Source: a virus. From it: a stretch of DNA of 64,000 nt. Below the pieces are notes generated by a model. It had not been told where the DNA came from. It did no database searches and saw only the letters and a list, made by a program, of their open reading frames with translations. The number at the start of each line of letters is the position of its first letter. The first letter of the stretch is position 1. Location of the stretch: positions 1 through 64,000 of the IMG/VR virus record IMGVR_UViG_3300015374_000001. One strand, written 5' to 3'. A program made the position numbers and the translations under genes. Shown here piece after piece: positions 1 to 8,126 of the stretch.

Positions 1-210
1 AGGACAAAGCCATACCTATCTCATTCCTTTGACATTAAATCAACACTCTATTTAGCAATATGGAAAGGATGCTTTACACCTTATCCTGCATACCTAAGCC
101 ATATATGCCACTTGTCACGATTATACTGCAAAGTTTCTATGGTGGAACACTCTACCTATACCCTCAGATAATCCTCAGATATGGTAGTCCTTCTAGCGCA
201 CACTCAAGGC

Positions 211-239
211 ATATTATCAAATTAATTAATAGGTGTCAA
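211..239 (-). promoter_or_regulatory. sigma70/SigA-type promoter
   Basis: Minus strand TTGACA-17-TAATAT. Confidence 0.65.
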
Positions 240-255
240 GAGCGCGTGACTAAAC

Positions 256-414
256 TTAATCTTCGTCTTCATAGTCTGGCTTTGTGATGCCTTCGTCAGG
301 CATGCGAACCAGGAGGGTAGCGTCTGCCGTATAGATAGCTAGGCTACCGTTATTTGAGTCTTGCGTGACCTTATCTGCATAGACCCAAATGATGCGTTTT
401 TCTTGGTCATTCAT
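256..414 (-). CDS. 52-aa leaderless early protein (MNDQEKRIIWVYAD...DYEDED), not in ORF track
   Basis: Open frame ATG(414) to TAA(256); ATG is 7 nt downstream of the -10 box at 422-427. Confidence 0.7.
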   Translation of the reverse strand: MNDQEKRIIWVYADKVTQDSNNGSLAIYTADATLLVRMPDEGITKPDYEDED

Positions 415-421
415 TAATTAC

Positions 422-450
422 ACCCTACTGGCATCCTTGCCAATTGTCAA
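422..450 (-). promoter_or_regulatory. strong SigA-type promoter giving a leaderless mRNA
   Basis: TTGACA-17-TAGGGT with upstream A/T tract. Confidence 0.75.
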
Positions 451-464
451 GTCCTTTTTCTAAA

Positions 465-833
465 TTAATTCTGCCCCGATGCCCATGTCTCAGGCATGTA
501 GTCCAGGGTGACAGTCTTACCCGCACGGTCGCGGATACCTGCCCTCATCTCAAGGCGCACTACAACCTTGAGTGCAGCTTGCTTGTCCTTGCCAGGCTCA
601 GCATCGTTCCATGCCTGCCGTGCCTTATCGAGCGCGGCAAGCAGACTGCCGCTAGGCTCGTTATTGACTTGATCCTTGATCCGCTTGCTAGCAGACTTGG
701 ATCGCCGGTTACGTGAAGCCCTCTTGCGCTTGCTAACCGTGAGGTTATCCCAGCCGTCACCCGTGCAGACCACGGCGGAAGGCATGACACCTATCGTTAG
801 CTTTGCATCGGGCGACAGTCGCGGATAACGCAT
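465..833 (-). CDS. basic hypothetical early protein
   Basis: 122-aa ORF with AGGAG RBS, downstream of three tandem promoters. Confidence 0.75.
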   Translation of the reverse strand: MRYPRLSPDAKLTIGVMPSAVVCTGDGWDNLTVSKRKRASRNRRSKSASKRIKDQVNNEPSGSLLAALDKARQAWNDAEPGKDKQAALKVVVRLEMRAGIRDRAGKTVTLDYMPETWASGQN

Positions 834-863
834 CGGTCGCTCCTATTTTATTTTATGACATTC

Positions 864-935
864 GAGAGTAGAGAGGGATAGCCTGCCCCTTCATATTGCA
901 GGATTCATTTTTCGGAATCCCTCTCATTTACTCTC
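864..935 (-). promoter_or_regulatory. structured 5' leader (long interrupted hairpin)
   Basis: GAGAGTA..GAGAGGGAT pairs with ATCCCTCTC.TACTCTC; inner CCTGC/GCAGG stem. Confidence 0.6.
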
Positions 936-946
936 AACCTTTTACT

Positions 947-975
947 ACTCTATCACCTGCCGTGCTACTTGTCAA
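947..975 (-). promoter_or_regulatory. strong SigA-type promoter
   Basis: TTGACA-17-TAGAGT, TG extension, A/T-rich upstream. Confidence 0.8.
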
Positions 976-1060
976 GTCAATTTATGAAAAAGATTGGCGG
1001 ATCAAGTAGCTCACTAGGGAGACTGTCCGATTCCTTTTCTTTAACTTGACTGTCCAGCGA

Positions 1061-1090
1061 AGCCTATCACACTTCAATGCTACTTGTCAA
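1061..1090 (-). promoter_or_regulatory. strong SigA-type promoter
   Basis: TTGACA-18-TAGGCT; shares CTTGACAAGTAGCA with the 947-975 promoter. Confidence 0.8.
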
Positions 1091-1187
1091 GAGACTTTTT
1101 GAAAAATTCTTTTTGAGCCGGGAGGTCAACGCACGAGGCGGAATGTCCCTGGTCTCACTTAGACCCTTCAATCAATCTCTGCCAGGA

Positions 1188-1216
1188 AGACTATCGAACC
1201 TGGCGACCAGGGTCAA
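1188..1216 (-). promoter_or_regulatory. SigA-type promoter
   Basis: TTGACC-17-TAGTCT. Confidence 0.65.
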
Positions 1217-1250
1217 TGGGCACGTGCACAAGAAATCTAAAGATTGCATT

Positions 1251-1320
1251 TGAATCAATTGTTACAAAGTCTCCCTGGTCTACTAATACCCGCGCGTAGA
1301 TGTAACAATTGTCACAAAGT
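1251..1320. repeat. 15-bp direct repeat pair with palindromic operator-like site
   Basis: CAATTGT(T/C)ACAAAGT at 1256 and 1306; TGTAACAATTGTCACA at 1301-1316. Confidence 0.6.
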
Positions 1321-1525
1321 TAATCAAAAGGTCCTATTTACTCAAAATCCTCTATTTGATAAAACGATTTTGATTAATCGGGGCACCCTGATTCCTCAAG
1401 GACCACCCTGGCATCCTGGCCCCTACGGTAGTAGCCGAGACTCCCAAAATTGTGGGAAATATTATTTTGGTGAAGTATGGTGACAAGAGGCATGAATCAA
1501 TCCGGGTGGGCGAGGTGTACTTCAT

Positions 1526-1831
1526 TTAATCAATCTTCGGCGGGCGTTCGGGTACCCATAACCTTCCCTCAGCATCTCGCTCAGCTAGGCGAGTGATATC
1601 AGGCACCAGCAGTTTGCCATCATTGGTTCCTTCAGCGATGGTCTGCCAGTCCCGATAGTATTTGCCTCTATCTTCTACTTGTAATATCCACTTCTCGAAA
1701 CTCACGCGCAGCCGCAGTTTTCCTATGAAAAGCAGAGTCTCATCTGGATTAAATAGGAGTTCAACTATCGACTTGCCTTCGTTCCATTCAACCTCAAGCT
1801 CATCTTCTTTTTCATCTAGTTCAATTTTCAT
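1526..1831 (-). CDS. hypothetical protein
   Basis: ORF in tightly packed leftward operon. Confidence 0.7.
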   Translation of the reverse strand: MKIELDEKEDELEVEWNEGKSIVELLFNPDETLLFIGKLRLRVSFEKWILQVEDRGKYYRDWQTIAEGTNDGKLLVPDITRLAERDAEGRLWVPERPPKID

Positions 1832-2082
1832 TTATCTAATCCTGGCGGGTCGTACAGTGGGTCTTCGATTCCAATTAACTTTAAGGCAGTGCGCCGTAGG
1901 TTGTCAGCATCTTGATATCGGTTATATAGACGCTTAAAGTCCTCACGGCCTATGTCTTTTTCTTTCATATAACCCTTGATACGGCGTTGTTCTTCCTCGA
2001 TATGCGGGATAGACAGAGCAGCAGAGATGATACTGATCGCCGGTGGGTTGATTGCTTTTGCTAGTTCTTCTACATTTGTCAT
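1828..2082 (-). CDS. hypothetical protein
   Basis: Start moved to ATG 2082 (ATGA overlap with upstream gene). Confidence 0.65.
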   Translation of the reverse strand: MTNVEELAKAINPPAISIISAALSIPHIEEEQRRIKGYMKEKDIGREDFKRLYNRYQDADNLRRTALKLIGIEDPLYDPPGLDK

Positions 2083-2228
2083 ATGACGATCACCGTCCAC
2101 CATTCTTCGTTTTCACGTGCTCGAATAAAATGCGAGATGCGCGTATTTCCTAGCCCGACCCGCTCGGTTGCGATGTGGTAGTAGGTTCCACAAAACCAAT
2201 ATTCCCTGACCGTTACCTGTGTCTCCAT
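2079..2228 (-). CDS. 49-aa hypothetical (METQVTVREYWF...), not in ORF track
   Basis: AGGAGG RBS; stop overlaps next start. Confidence 0.7.
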   Translation of the reverse strand: METQVTVREYWFCGTYYHIATERVGLGNTRISHFIRARENEEWWTVIVI

Positions 2229-2278
2229 ATAACCTCCTGATCTTGTCCTGAAATTTAAGTTGCGAGCGATAGCTTCCG

Positions 2279-2623
2279 CTAGCTGGGTTCACTAATGAAG
2301 TTTTCAAGCAAGTAGGCCGCGAATTTTTTGTTGTCGATCTTGAGATATTCTTGCGCCATTTGTTTTTCTACTTCCGCGATGTTCTCTTCGAACCAACGGA
2401 GGAAAGCTGGCTCGAAATCCTTGGTGGCCAGGAGAGCAACAGGAACCGCTGCTGAGTAGGTTCCTATGTCGCGCTCGACGGTTGGTTTAATGACTTGGAT
2501 CAGCACCACGATCTGATCAGGCCAGAGCCCTCCCAGGTATTCTTTATCGTAGACATTAAATAGCCAGCCAGGCTTATAGGTGATCCGGTCTAGGATTCGT
2601 GATACGTCATTTAGTTCAATCAT
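2279..2623 (-). CDS. hypothetical protein (ITYKPGW motif)
   Basis: Operon packing; motif recalled from actinophage hypotheticals. Confidence 0.7.
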   Translation of the reverse strand: MIELNDVSRILDRITYKPGWLFNVYDKEYLGGLWPDQIVVLIQVIKPTVERDIGTYSAAVPVALLATKDFEPAFLRWFEENIAEVEKQMAQEYLKIDNKKFAAYLLENFISEPS

Positions 2624-2849
2624 CTATGCGCTCCATCCTGAATACGTGGTCCATAATAAATAAATAGCAGCGAGTAGTTGGATCTGTCTCGAATTTGGTT
2701 ACTTCTACTGGATCTTCCTTGGTCAGCTTGTATGTTCCCGCGCGCAGCCAGCCGCCCGGTGGGAATTTAACTATCAAGCCCTCTTCTTGATACCCCTCAG
2801 CTAGAAGCGCTTCAAAGAAAGCCCTATCTTGTTGTTTGGTTAATTCCAT
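2616..2849 (-). CDS. hypothetical protein
   Basis: Operon packing. Confidence 0.65.
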   Translation of the reverse strand: MELTKQQDRAFFEALLAEGYQEEGLIVKFPPGGWLRAGTYKLTKEDPVEVTKFETDPTTRCYLFIMDHVFRMERIDD

Positions 2850-3276
2850 CTAGCATTCTTCCTATCTCTTTGCTGTGCTGTTGTTCTTGTTTGATTCTGT
2901 GTTCCATCTTGTCTTTGTGTGCCTGCTGCTCGTGGAAGTTTTCGTTGGCCATATATAGAACCGCTATCACGGCTAATATATAAATACTACAAAGGATCAG
3001 CACAAAACGGGTGTGCTGAGATAAATACCATGGGTACTTGCGCACCTTAGGAGGTTTGGGCAGAGCCTCGATCAGAGTCGCGCGAGCGGCAAAGTCATCT
3101 ACCCAATACTCCTGCCGCAGGTCGGGCAGATGCAGGGAGTTTACGATTTCAGGCTGTTTACTATCGTCGTAAATTGGCTCTTCTGGTGAACGATAAGGCG
3201 AATGATAAGTAATGATCTGATCTACATCGTATGTCTCAGGGTCTACGAATATTTTATTGTTATTGTTCCACCGCAT
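2824..3276 (-). CDS. membrane protein
   Basis: One hydrophobic segment FVLILCSIYILAVIAVLYMA; start moved to ATG 3276. Confidence 0.6.
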   Translation of the reverse strand: MRWNNNNKIFVDPETYDVDQIITYHSPYRSPEEPIYDDSKQPEIVNSLHLPDLRQEYWVDDFAARATLIEALPKPPKVRKYPWYLSQHTRFVLILCSIYILAVIAVLYMANENFHEQQAHKDKMEHRIKQEQQHSKEIGRMLDGINQTTR

Positions 3277-3442
3277 CGATTTTCTTCCAGGGCATCCTGA
3301 ATTCGACCCGATATGAGTATTGATCGTCGTTTTCGTCTTTAAATACGACCTGATAGGAGGATCGGATGCTTTTGCGTTCGGCCAGCATCGCATCGGCGAC
3401 CTGATCAGGTACCTCGACACAAATTAATGCTTCTAGCTTCAT
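3260..3442 (-). CDS. hypothetical protein
   Basis: Operon packing, RBS. Confidence 0.65.
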   Translation of the reverse strand: MKLEALICVEVPDQVADAMLAERKSIRSSYQVVFKDENDDQYSYRVEFRMPWKKIDAVEQ

Positions 3443-3454
3443 TTATTATCCTAA

Positions 3455-3655
3455 TCAGTCTGGTATATAGGGGTGAGCGCTAGCAACTAGCTCACCGTCA
3501 TAGCGCCGGTAGAATTTGCGTATCTCTTCTTTGCCGCTGGCCAAGGTGATCGCTTCGATTGAGTTCTCGGCCATAATGAGGATAGATTTCTGTATTTCAA
3601 TATATTGTGATTTCAGCGTAGAACTATCCGCAAAATGCACCTCGAATGCTGGCAT
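3455..3655 (-). CDS. hypothetical protein
   Basis: GGAGGTG RBS, TAATG overlap. Confidence 0.7.
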   Translation of the reverse strand: MPAFEVHFADSSTLKSQYIEIQKSILIMAENSIEAITLASGKEEIRKFYRRYDGELVASAHPYIPD

Positions 3656-3852
3656 TAACTCACCTCCACGTTAAAATCGACGTTAAATCCTTCTATTTCT
3701 TCAGTTGACATATCCAGATCAGCAACAAACCCTTTAACGTGAGCTTTGATTGCGTCGTCTAGACGGCTTTGCTCGCGGAATGGTAGATCCCAATACTTTT
3801 CTTCGCCTTCTTCATCAAATTCGGCGTTGACATAGATTTGTACGTCGGCCAT
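3655..3852 (-). CDS. small acidic hypothetical protein
   Basis: GGAGG RBS, TGATG overlap. Confidence 0.7.
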   Translation of the reverse strand: MADVQIYVNAEFDEEGEEKYWDLPFREQSRLDDAIKAHVKGFVADLDMSTEEIEGFNVDFNVEVS

Positions 3853-4133
3853 CAGTTTGCCTCCACTCTAATATCGTGATAATGGCAGCAGGCACCTTCG
3901 GCATGATTAACTAAACAACGCTTGCCTTTGTTACGAACGCCTTTTTGGAACCAGTCGCGGCAATTCGGACATTGCTCGGCTCCCTGGTAGCGCTCATCTT
4001 GCCAGTCTTCGAATGCTTCATCAGCAAGTAGGTGGAGTCCCGCGCGGGTATACATGAAGTGCTCTACCAGCGCGATCATCTCTTTTTTAACTATTTGCTT
4101 CTGCTTTGCTAGATCAATAGGTTCTGCTGGCAT
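3852..4133 (-). CDS. hypothetical protein with CxxC (possible Zn binding)
   Basis: CPNC...C...CCH. Confidence 0.65.
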   Translation of the reverse strand: MPAEPIDLAKQKQIVKKEMIALVEHFMYTRAGLHLLADEAFEDWQDERYQGAEQCPNCRDWFQKGVRNKGKRCLVNHAEGACCHYHDIRVEAN

Positions 4134-4311
4134 AAATTGGCCCCCAAATAGATCCGCCTACGTAGAATCCTGTTGCTGCGGCTGCGCCCGTGTAGAAATA
4201 TGTCTTTGCGCTTTGAACATCTCCAAAAATTGCCCCGACGAGATACCAAACAGCAACTAGAAATGCTCCATACGCTAGTGCGTTAGCTAATATTCTCCAT
4301 TTGCTTGTCAT
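4114..4311 (-). CDS. small two-TM membrane protein
   Basis: Start moved to ATG 4311 (TAATG overlap); two hydrophobic segments. Confidence 0.6.
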   Translation of the reverse strand: MTSKWRILANALAYGAFLVAVWYLVGAIFGDVQSAKTYFYTGAAAATGFYVGGSIWGPIYASRTY

Positions 4312-4388
4312 TACCACCGTCCCCAATAGATTCGACACATAATTGCTAGTAAAATTAATGCTATTATTACCGTAATTGCGTAAGTCAC
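4311..4388 (-). CDS. 25-aa hydrophobic peptide (MTYAITVIIALILLAIMCRIYWGRW), not in ORF track
   Basis: GTGA overlap upstream and TAATG overlap downstream. Confidence 0.6.
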   Translation of the reverse strand: MTYAITVIIALILLAIMCRIYWGRW

Positions 4389-4720
4389 GGCCCAATCCGG
4401 CCCAGGTGAGCTACCCAATACTTGCCTACGTGCGCTGCGCCTAATCGCCTAGCTTTGTCAGACATGATTATGTCGTAGTGTGCGCGACTTGCCATCCATT
4501 CTTCTACGATTTGCTTAGAGCTTTTCTGGCCATCGCCAAGTACCTCACCGGCCCACCAGAATTTCTTATTGACATGGATCACAGCATCATGCTTCAGAAC
4601 ATGCGTCCTATTTAACTTTTTGGCCATGCGCCGGGCCGATAAACGGAGCAGCCGACCCTTTTTGAGCGGCTTTTTCTTACGCTCCCTGCGTTCCTTATTT
4701 ACATACTCAAGTACGGTCAC
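4385..4720 (-). CDS. CAP/SCP-domain protein
   Basis: VNKER...H...GEVL...IVEEWMASRAHYDIIM...LG...YWV matches the CAP signature. Confidence 0.8.
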   Translation of the reverse strand: MTVLEYVNKERRERKKKPLKKGRLLRLSARRMAKKLNRTHVLKHDAVIHVNKKFWWAGEVLGDGQKSSKQIVEEWMASRAHYDIIMSDKARRLGAAHVGKYWVAHLGRIGP

Positions 4721-4904
4721 TGGTGCGCTCCCTTGGGTTCATGGCAGACCATGTTTCCCATTCAACCTGCTCGATCACTATTTTCTCAGGTAAGCCCACG
4801 AGCTTATCGTGAACATCGCCCACCGCAGAGAAAATTCCAGAGTGGAAAGTCTCGATAGCTTGATTCTGGCCTTCATCGTAAATAGCTTTAACTGAATATC
4901 CCAT
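4707..4904 (-). CDS. hypothetical protein
   Basis: Operon packing. Confidence 0.6.
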   Translation of the reverse strand: MGYSVKAIYDEGQNQAIETFHSGIFSAVGDVHDKLVGLPEKIVIEQVEWETWSAMNPRERTSDRT

Positions 4905-5128
4905 TATTTCTCATCCTCATAGGGCAGTACGTACTTTTCCATAAAAATGATGGCCGTTTCTAAGGATCGATGACCAACAGGCGTGATAGCTGTCTCAGGA
5001 AAGCCAACCGTCCCGCCAAGCCCATAGACAAACCAGCGCTTGCCACGACCCTCTTTGAATTCATATTCACCGTTTTTGGTCTGCCAGTGCCCCGGCTTGA
5101 TCTTGGTAAGTGGCCTAATTTTGTCCAT
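4904..5128 (-). CDS. hypothetical protein
   Basis: Operon packing. Confidence 0.65.
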   Translation of the reverse strand: MDKIRPLTKIKPGHWQTKNGEYEFKEGRGKRWFVYGLGGTVGFPETAITPVGHRSLETAIIFMEKYVLPYEDEK

Positions 5129-5324
5129 TCACCACATCTCCTACGTGCGTGGGCGAGACACCGGCCCGTACAGCGATCTTTCTGTAGGTAAATCCGGCAT
5201 TGACCATTCTTTTAATCACTTCATCGCGGTCATCGCGGGACTTTTTCAGCTTCTTTTCACAGTTCTGGACCGTATTTACCGATTCGTCTAGCTCACGAAT
5301 CAGAGATTCATTATTTTCTTCCAC
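5115..5324 (-). CDS. small HTH DNA-binding protein
   Basis: GFTYRKIAVRAGVSPTHVGDV; AAGGAG RBS before GTG 5324. Confidence 0.75.
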   Translation of the reverse strand: MEENNESLIRELDESVNTVQNCEKKLKKSRDDRDEVIKRMVNAGFTYRKIAVRAGVSPTHVGDVVNGQN

Positions 5325-5691
5325 TGATCTTTCTCCTTTCAATCTCGCGCAGAGCTATTTCCTTACAGGCGAGCGCAGAGCGATGGCGCGGAGTACCTTC
5401 AAGAGCCAAGTCTGCTGTTTCTTGAGAAAGCTTGACTAGCTCTGCCGGGTGAGGATGGTTCATAGCGAATTCAAGGTTCTCCCTGTAAATCCTGATTGCG
5501 TCATTAAATTCATGATTGAGCATCGCTCCTGAGCTACTAAATGGCATTGCCGCCAGATGGCAGGCATCACAGATGATCGTATCGCCATCCCAGGTGGCAT
5601 CGTCACTCAGAAGTTCTTCATCTTCATAAAATAGATGGCCGTCAAGGCAATCTTCTGAGATTCCAGCCCTACATTTAATTATCTCTTGCAT
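5311..5691 (-). CDS. hypothetical protein, Cys-containing
   Basis: GGAGG RBS; C...C...CDAC. Confidence 0.7.
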   Translation of the reverse strand: MQEIIKCRAGISEDCLDGHLFYEDEELLSDDATWDGDTIICDACHLAAMPFSSSGAMLNHEFNDAIRIYRENLEFAMNHPHPAELVKLSQETADLALEGTPRHRSALACKEIALREIERRKISGRK

Positions 5692-5698
5692 ATCCCTC

Positions 5699-6493
5699 CT
5701 ATACCGGTTCGTGATCTGGCCTGTGATACTGCCGACAGCTACCTTTGATTATGCAACTAGCTAGCGTGAAACACTCCATGCAACTGTCCTTGATAGTAAA
5801 TTCAGGTACAAATTTACCTTCAGGGACAACGCATCCTATACCCGCATAAGGAACAGTTTCAGTTAATGGCTCTGGCAGGTGCAAGTCTTCACAAATTTCA
5901 AAGGCTTGTTTGGTTGTACGAAGCTGTCGCCACAATTTATGTACGCCCATATCGCCCATTGCCTGAGATTGCACATCAAGAATGTCATGAAATGCAACAA
6001 ACCGAGACAGTGGACCGTACATCATCCAGTCTCGGGTGACACCGGGATAGCTGTGATCGCCGTCGATAAAAAGAAAGTCGATCTGGTGCCCCTGTAATTG
6101 ATTTGTCAAAGCAACCAGCATAGCCGCTGAATGAGAATCACCAACCAGCATCCTAAATTCTTGGCTACGATTAACTGCAAAAATCTCTAGCTGTGTAGCA
6201 ACATGAACATCAAATGCGCCACCGGGAGCACCGGGATCATCTATACCAATAAATAAAGACCCTTGTGGGCAAGCTTGCATCCAAGCCCACATCGTTCCGC
6301 CCCGATGCAGGCCGATTTCTACAACTATCTTCGGCTTCAGAATAGATAAAATCTGTAGGAGCGTGGCTAGCTCCTTCTCTTTCTGAAGCGCTTGAAGTTC
6401 ACGGACGGCATATTTGGCTATTCCTTCAGCCGTAGCCCAATCCATCGCACCATTTTGTTTGATATCCATAGGCATATCCCTAGAACTATCCAC
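5699..6493 (-). CDS. class I SAM-dependent methyltransferase (Methyltransf_24-like)
   Basis: VEIGxxxGGT, IGID, GDS, IDFLFIDGDHSY, FHDI motifs. Confidence 0.85.
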   Translation of the reverse strand: MDSSRDMPMDIKQNGAMDWATAEGIAKYAVRELQALQKEKELATLLQILSILKPKIVVEIGLHRGGTMWAWMQACPQGSLFIGIDDPGAPGGAFDVHVATQLEIFAVNRSQEFRMLVGDSHSAAMLVALTNQLQGHQIDFLFIDGDHSYPGVTRDWMMYGPLSRFVAFHDILDVQSQAMGDMGVHKLWRQLRTTKQAFEICEDLHLPEPLTETVPYAGIGCVVPEGKFVPEFTIKDSCMECFTLASCIIKGSCRQYHRPDHEPV

Positions 6494-6500
6494 CCTTCCA

Positions 6501-6662
6501 TTAATTCAAGCTGATCGGCTGCGTGATGACAGCTTCGTTTTCGTCCTGCTCAGCGTCAGCCGCCAGATCGGCCTTGAGCTTGTCCATTTGCACGTTCCAA
6601 ATCGCCCGTTCCCATAGCCTCCCCATGTAGAAACAGGCCACTACCAGCAGAATCCTCTTCAT
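6501..6662 (-). CDS. 53-aa protein with N-terminal hydrophobic segment (MKRILLVVACFYMGRLW...), not in ORF track
   Basis: GGGAGG RBS; first gene after the 6692-6720 promoter. Confidence 0.7.
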   Translation of the reverse strand: MKRILLVVACFYMGRLWERAIWNVQMDKLKADLAADAEQDENEAVITQPISLN

Positions 6663-6691
6663 CGAACCTCCCTTGATGGACTAGTCCCCGT

Positions 6692-6720
6692 ATGCTACTG
6701 TGATAGCGGCAAGCTGTCAA
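6692..6720 (-). promoter_or_regulatory. SigA-type promoter of leftward early operon
   Basis: TTGACA-17-TAGCAT at the divergence point. Confidence 0.75.
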
Positions 6721-6725
6721 GGGGG

Positions 6726-6923
6726 GTGGACATGCCTCTAGAACACAAGATTATTTGTAAAATAACCGAGATAGAACGTATCCCGCGTATCACTCAAGGC
6801 AATGGGCACGAATTAGTTCTAGTCTTTGAGGGCGAGCTTAGGAGGAATACGAAAGATTGGATCGAACAAGCCATCAAGAGGGAGAACATCACCATCGTTC
6901 AGAATAAAAAGCTAATAGGTTAG
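6726..6923 (+). CDS. hypothetical protein
   Basis: First ORF of rightward cluster. Confidence 0.6.
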   Translation: MDMPLEHKIICKITEIERIPRITQGNGHELVLVFEGELRRNTKDWIEQAIKRENITIVQNKKLIG

Positions 6924-6929
6924 GTAGAT

Positions 6930-7415
6930 ATGTCAGACGAAGCAGGAATGCCACAAAAGGAAATCAAGACTCGCAGAGTCACTGCCATTACCTTTCGCAT
7001 GGTCGAGATGGCAGAGCGTTTCCTTCAGACCCGCGAATTTGTTGATCCCGCCAGCAGCCCGGTTGATGCTCAGCCACAGATCCAGTTTCCTTTATTCGGC
7101 GGTGAGATGACGCTTGAGACTGTTCCGGGCGAGCACGTTGTCTGGTGTCAGGGTGGAACTAATGATCAAACCATCCGCCGCGTCGAGAAGCCGAACGGTG
7201 ACGGCACCATTCTCACCAAGATTTATTCAATTCAAGCGATCTTAGCCCGCGAGCAGGAATTTGAGGTGCCAATTGAGCAAGAGGCGCAAGGGGAGGAAGC
7301 TCCGCAAATTATCCTTCCACGAACGGCAAGCGAAGAAGAAGCACAACCAAAGAACGGATCGAGCCGAGAAAATAGCGGCGAAGCAAAAGACGATTCCGGG
7401 GGAGAAGACGGCTAA
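6930..7415 (+). CDS. hypothetical protein with acidic tail
   Basis: 161-aa ORF. Confidence 0.7.
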   Translation: MSDEAGMPQKEIKTRRVTAITFRMVEMAERFLQTREFVDPASSPVDAQPQIQFPLFGGEMTLETVPGEHVVWCQGGTNDQTIRRVEKPNGDGTILTKIYSIQAILAREQEFEVPIEQEAQGEEAPQIILPRTASEEEAQPKNGSSRENSGEAKDDSGGEDG

Positions 7416-7439
7416 AGAAAAGAAAATGCCTGGTGTCTG

Positions 7440-7703
7440 ATGGAACCTGATCTTAATAACCAAATAGAAACTCGTGTACCGTTCCGAGTGCAATTAAACT
7501 TCAGTGCGGCTGTCAGTGTCGATGATGAAGATCTTGCTGAATTCACTGAAGTCTATGAACGTATGATTGAAACGGCTGAGAAGTTAGGCATGCACTTAGA
7601 ATTTGGTTATATAATGCCGATGGAGCGCGGTGACGTTATCCCAGGCGGCGGACTTGATGAGGATCTACGTCTTAGCGCACGGCCAGCACTGACGCAGCCA
7701 TGA
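7440..7703 (+). CDS. hypothetical protein
   Basis: Operon packing. Confidence 0.65.
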   Translation: MEPDLNNQIETRVPFRVQLNFSAAVSVDDEDLAEFTEVYERMIETAEKLGMHLEFGYIMPMERGDVIPGGGLDEDLRLSARPALTQP

Positions 7704-7900
7704 GTGAGAATCAGGAACTCTTAGTTAATTCAGCGGAGCGAGCACATATCGCTTTTGATGAATATATAGCTGCAAGACGAGTAGCCGTAGAAAATCCTGC
7801 TCAAAAATTTCTTGAGATTGATCGTTGGCATGAGCTTCAAGCTCGAATGCGCGATTTAGGTTATTACTTAGAGCTAAATGCTAAAAACAGATCTGAATGA
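7700..7900 (+). CDS. hypothetical protein
   Basis: ATGA overlap. Confidence 0.65.
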   Translation: MSENQELLVNSAERAHIAFDEYIAARRVAVENPAQKFLEIDRWHELQARMRDLGYYLELNAKNRSE

Positions 7901-8126
7901 GCGGCAGCAGGCATGTTTGAGGTTCCTTGTGACCAAGGGCGAGCCGGTGAAGCTGGATCGGTTTGTGTTTCCTCAAGAGGAATCTCGGTCTGTATTGCCA
8001 AAGACAACCATTGCGGCGTTATTTATTGTTAGGAGTCTTATCGATATGGGTCTAGTCAGGAGGGTAGGCAAGACAGAAATTGCATACGAAAGCACAGATA
8101 AAGCGAAGGAATTGGAGCTAATTTAA
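7878..8126 (+). CDS. putative winged-helix DNA-binding protein
   Basis: LNERQ...SLIDMGLV...YESTDKAKE pattern. Confidence 0.6.
   Translation: MLKTDLNERQQACLRFLVTKGEPVKLDRFVFPQEESRSVLPKTTIAALFIVRSLIDMGLVRRVGKTEIAYESTDKAKELELI

Noticed and set aside
60-287. Plus-strand ORFs at 60-287, 444-716 and 1244-1483
   Set aside because: No RBS; they lie antisense to or within the leftward promoter array and better-supported minus-strand genes
2113-2307. 64-aa ORF from the track
   Set aside because: A different frame (2079-2228) has an AGGAGG RBS and a coupled stop/start
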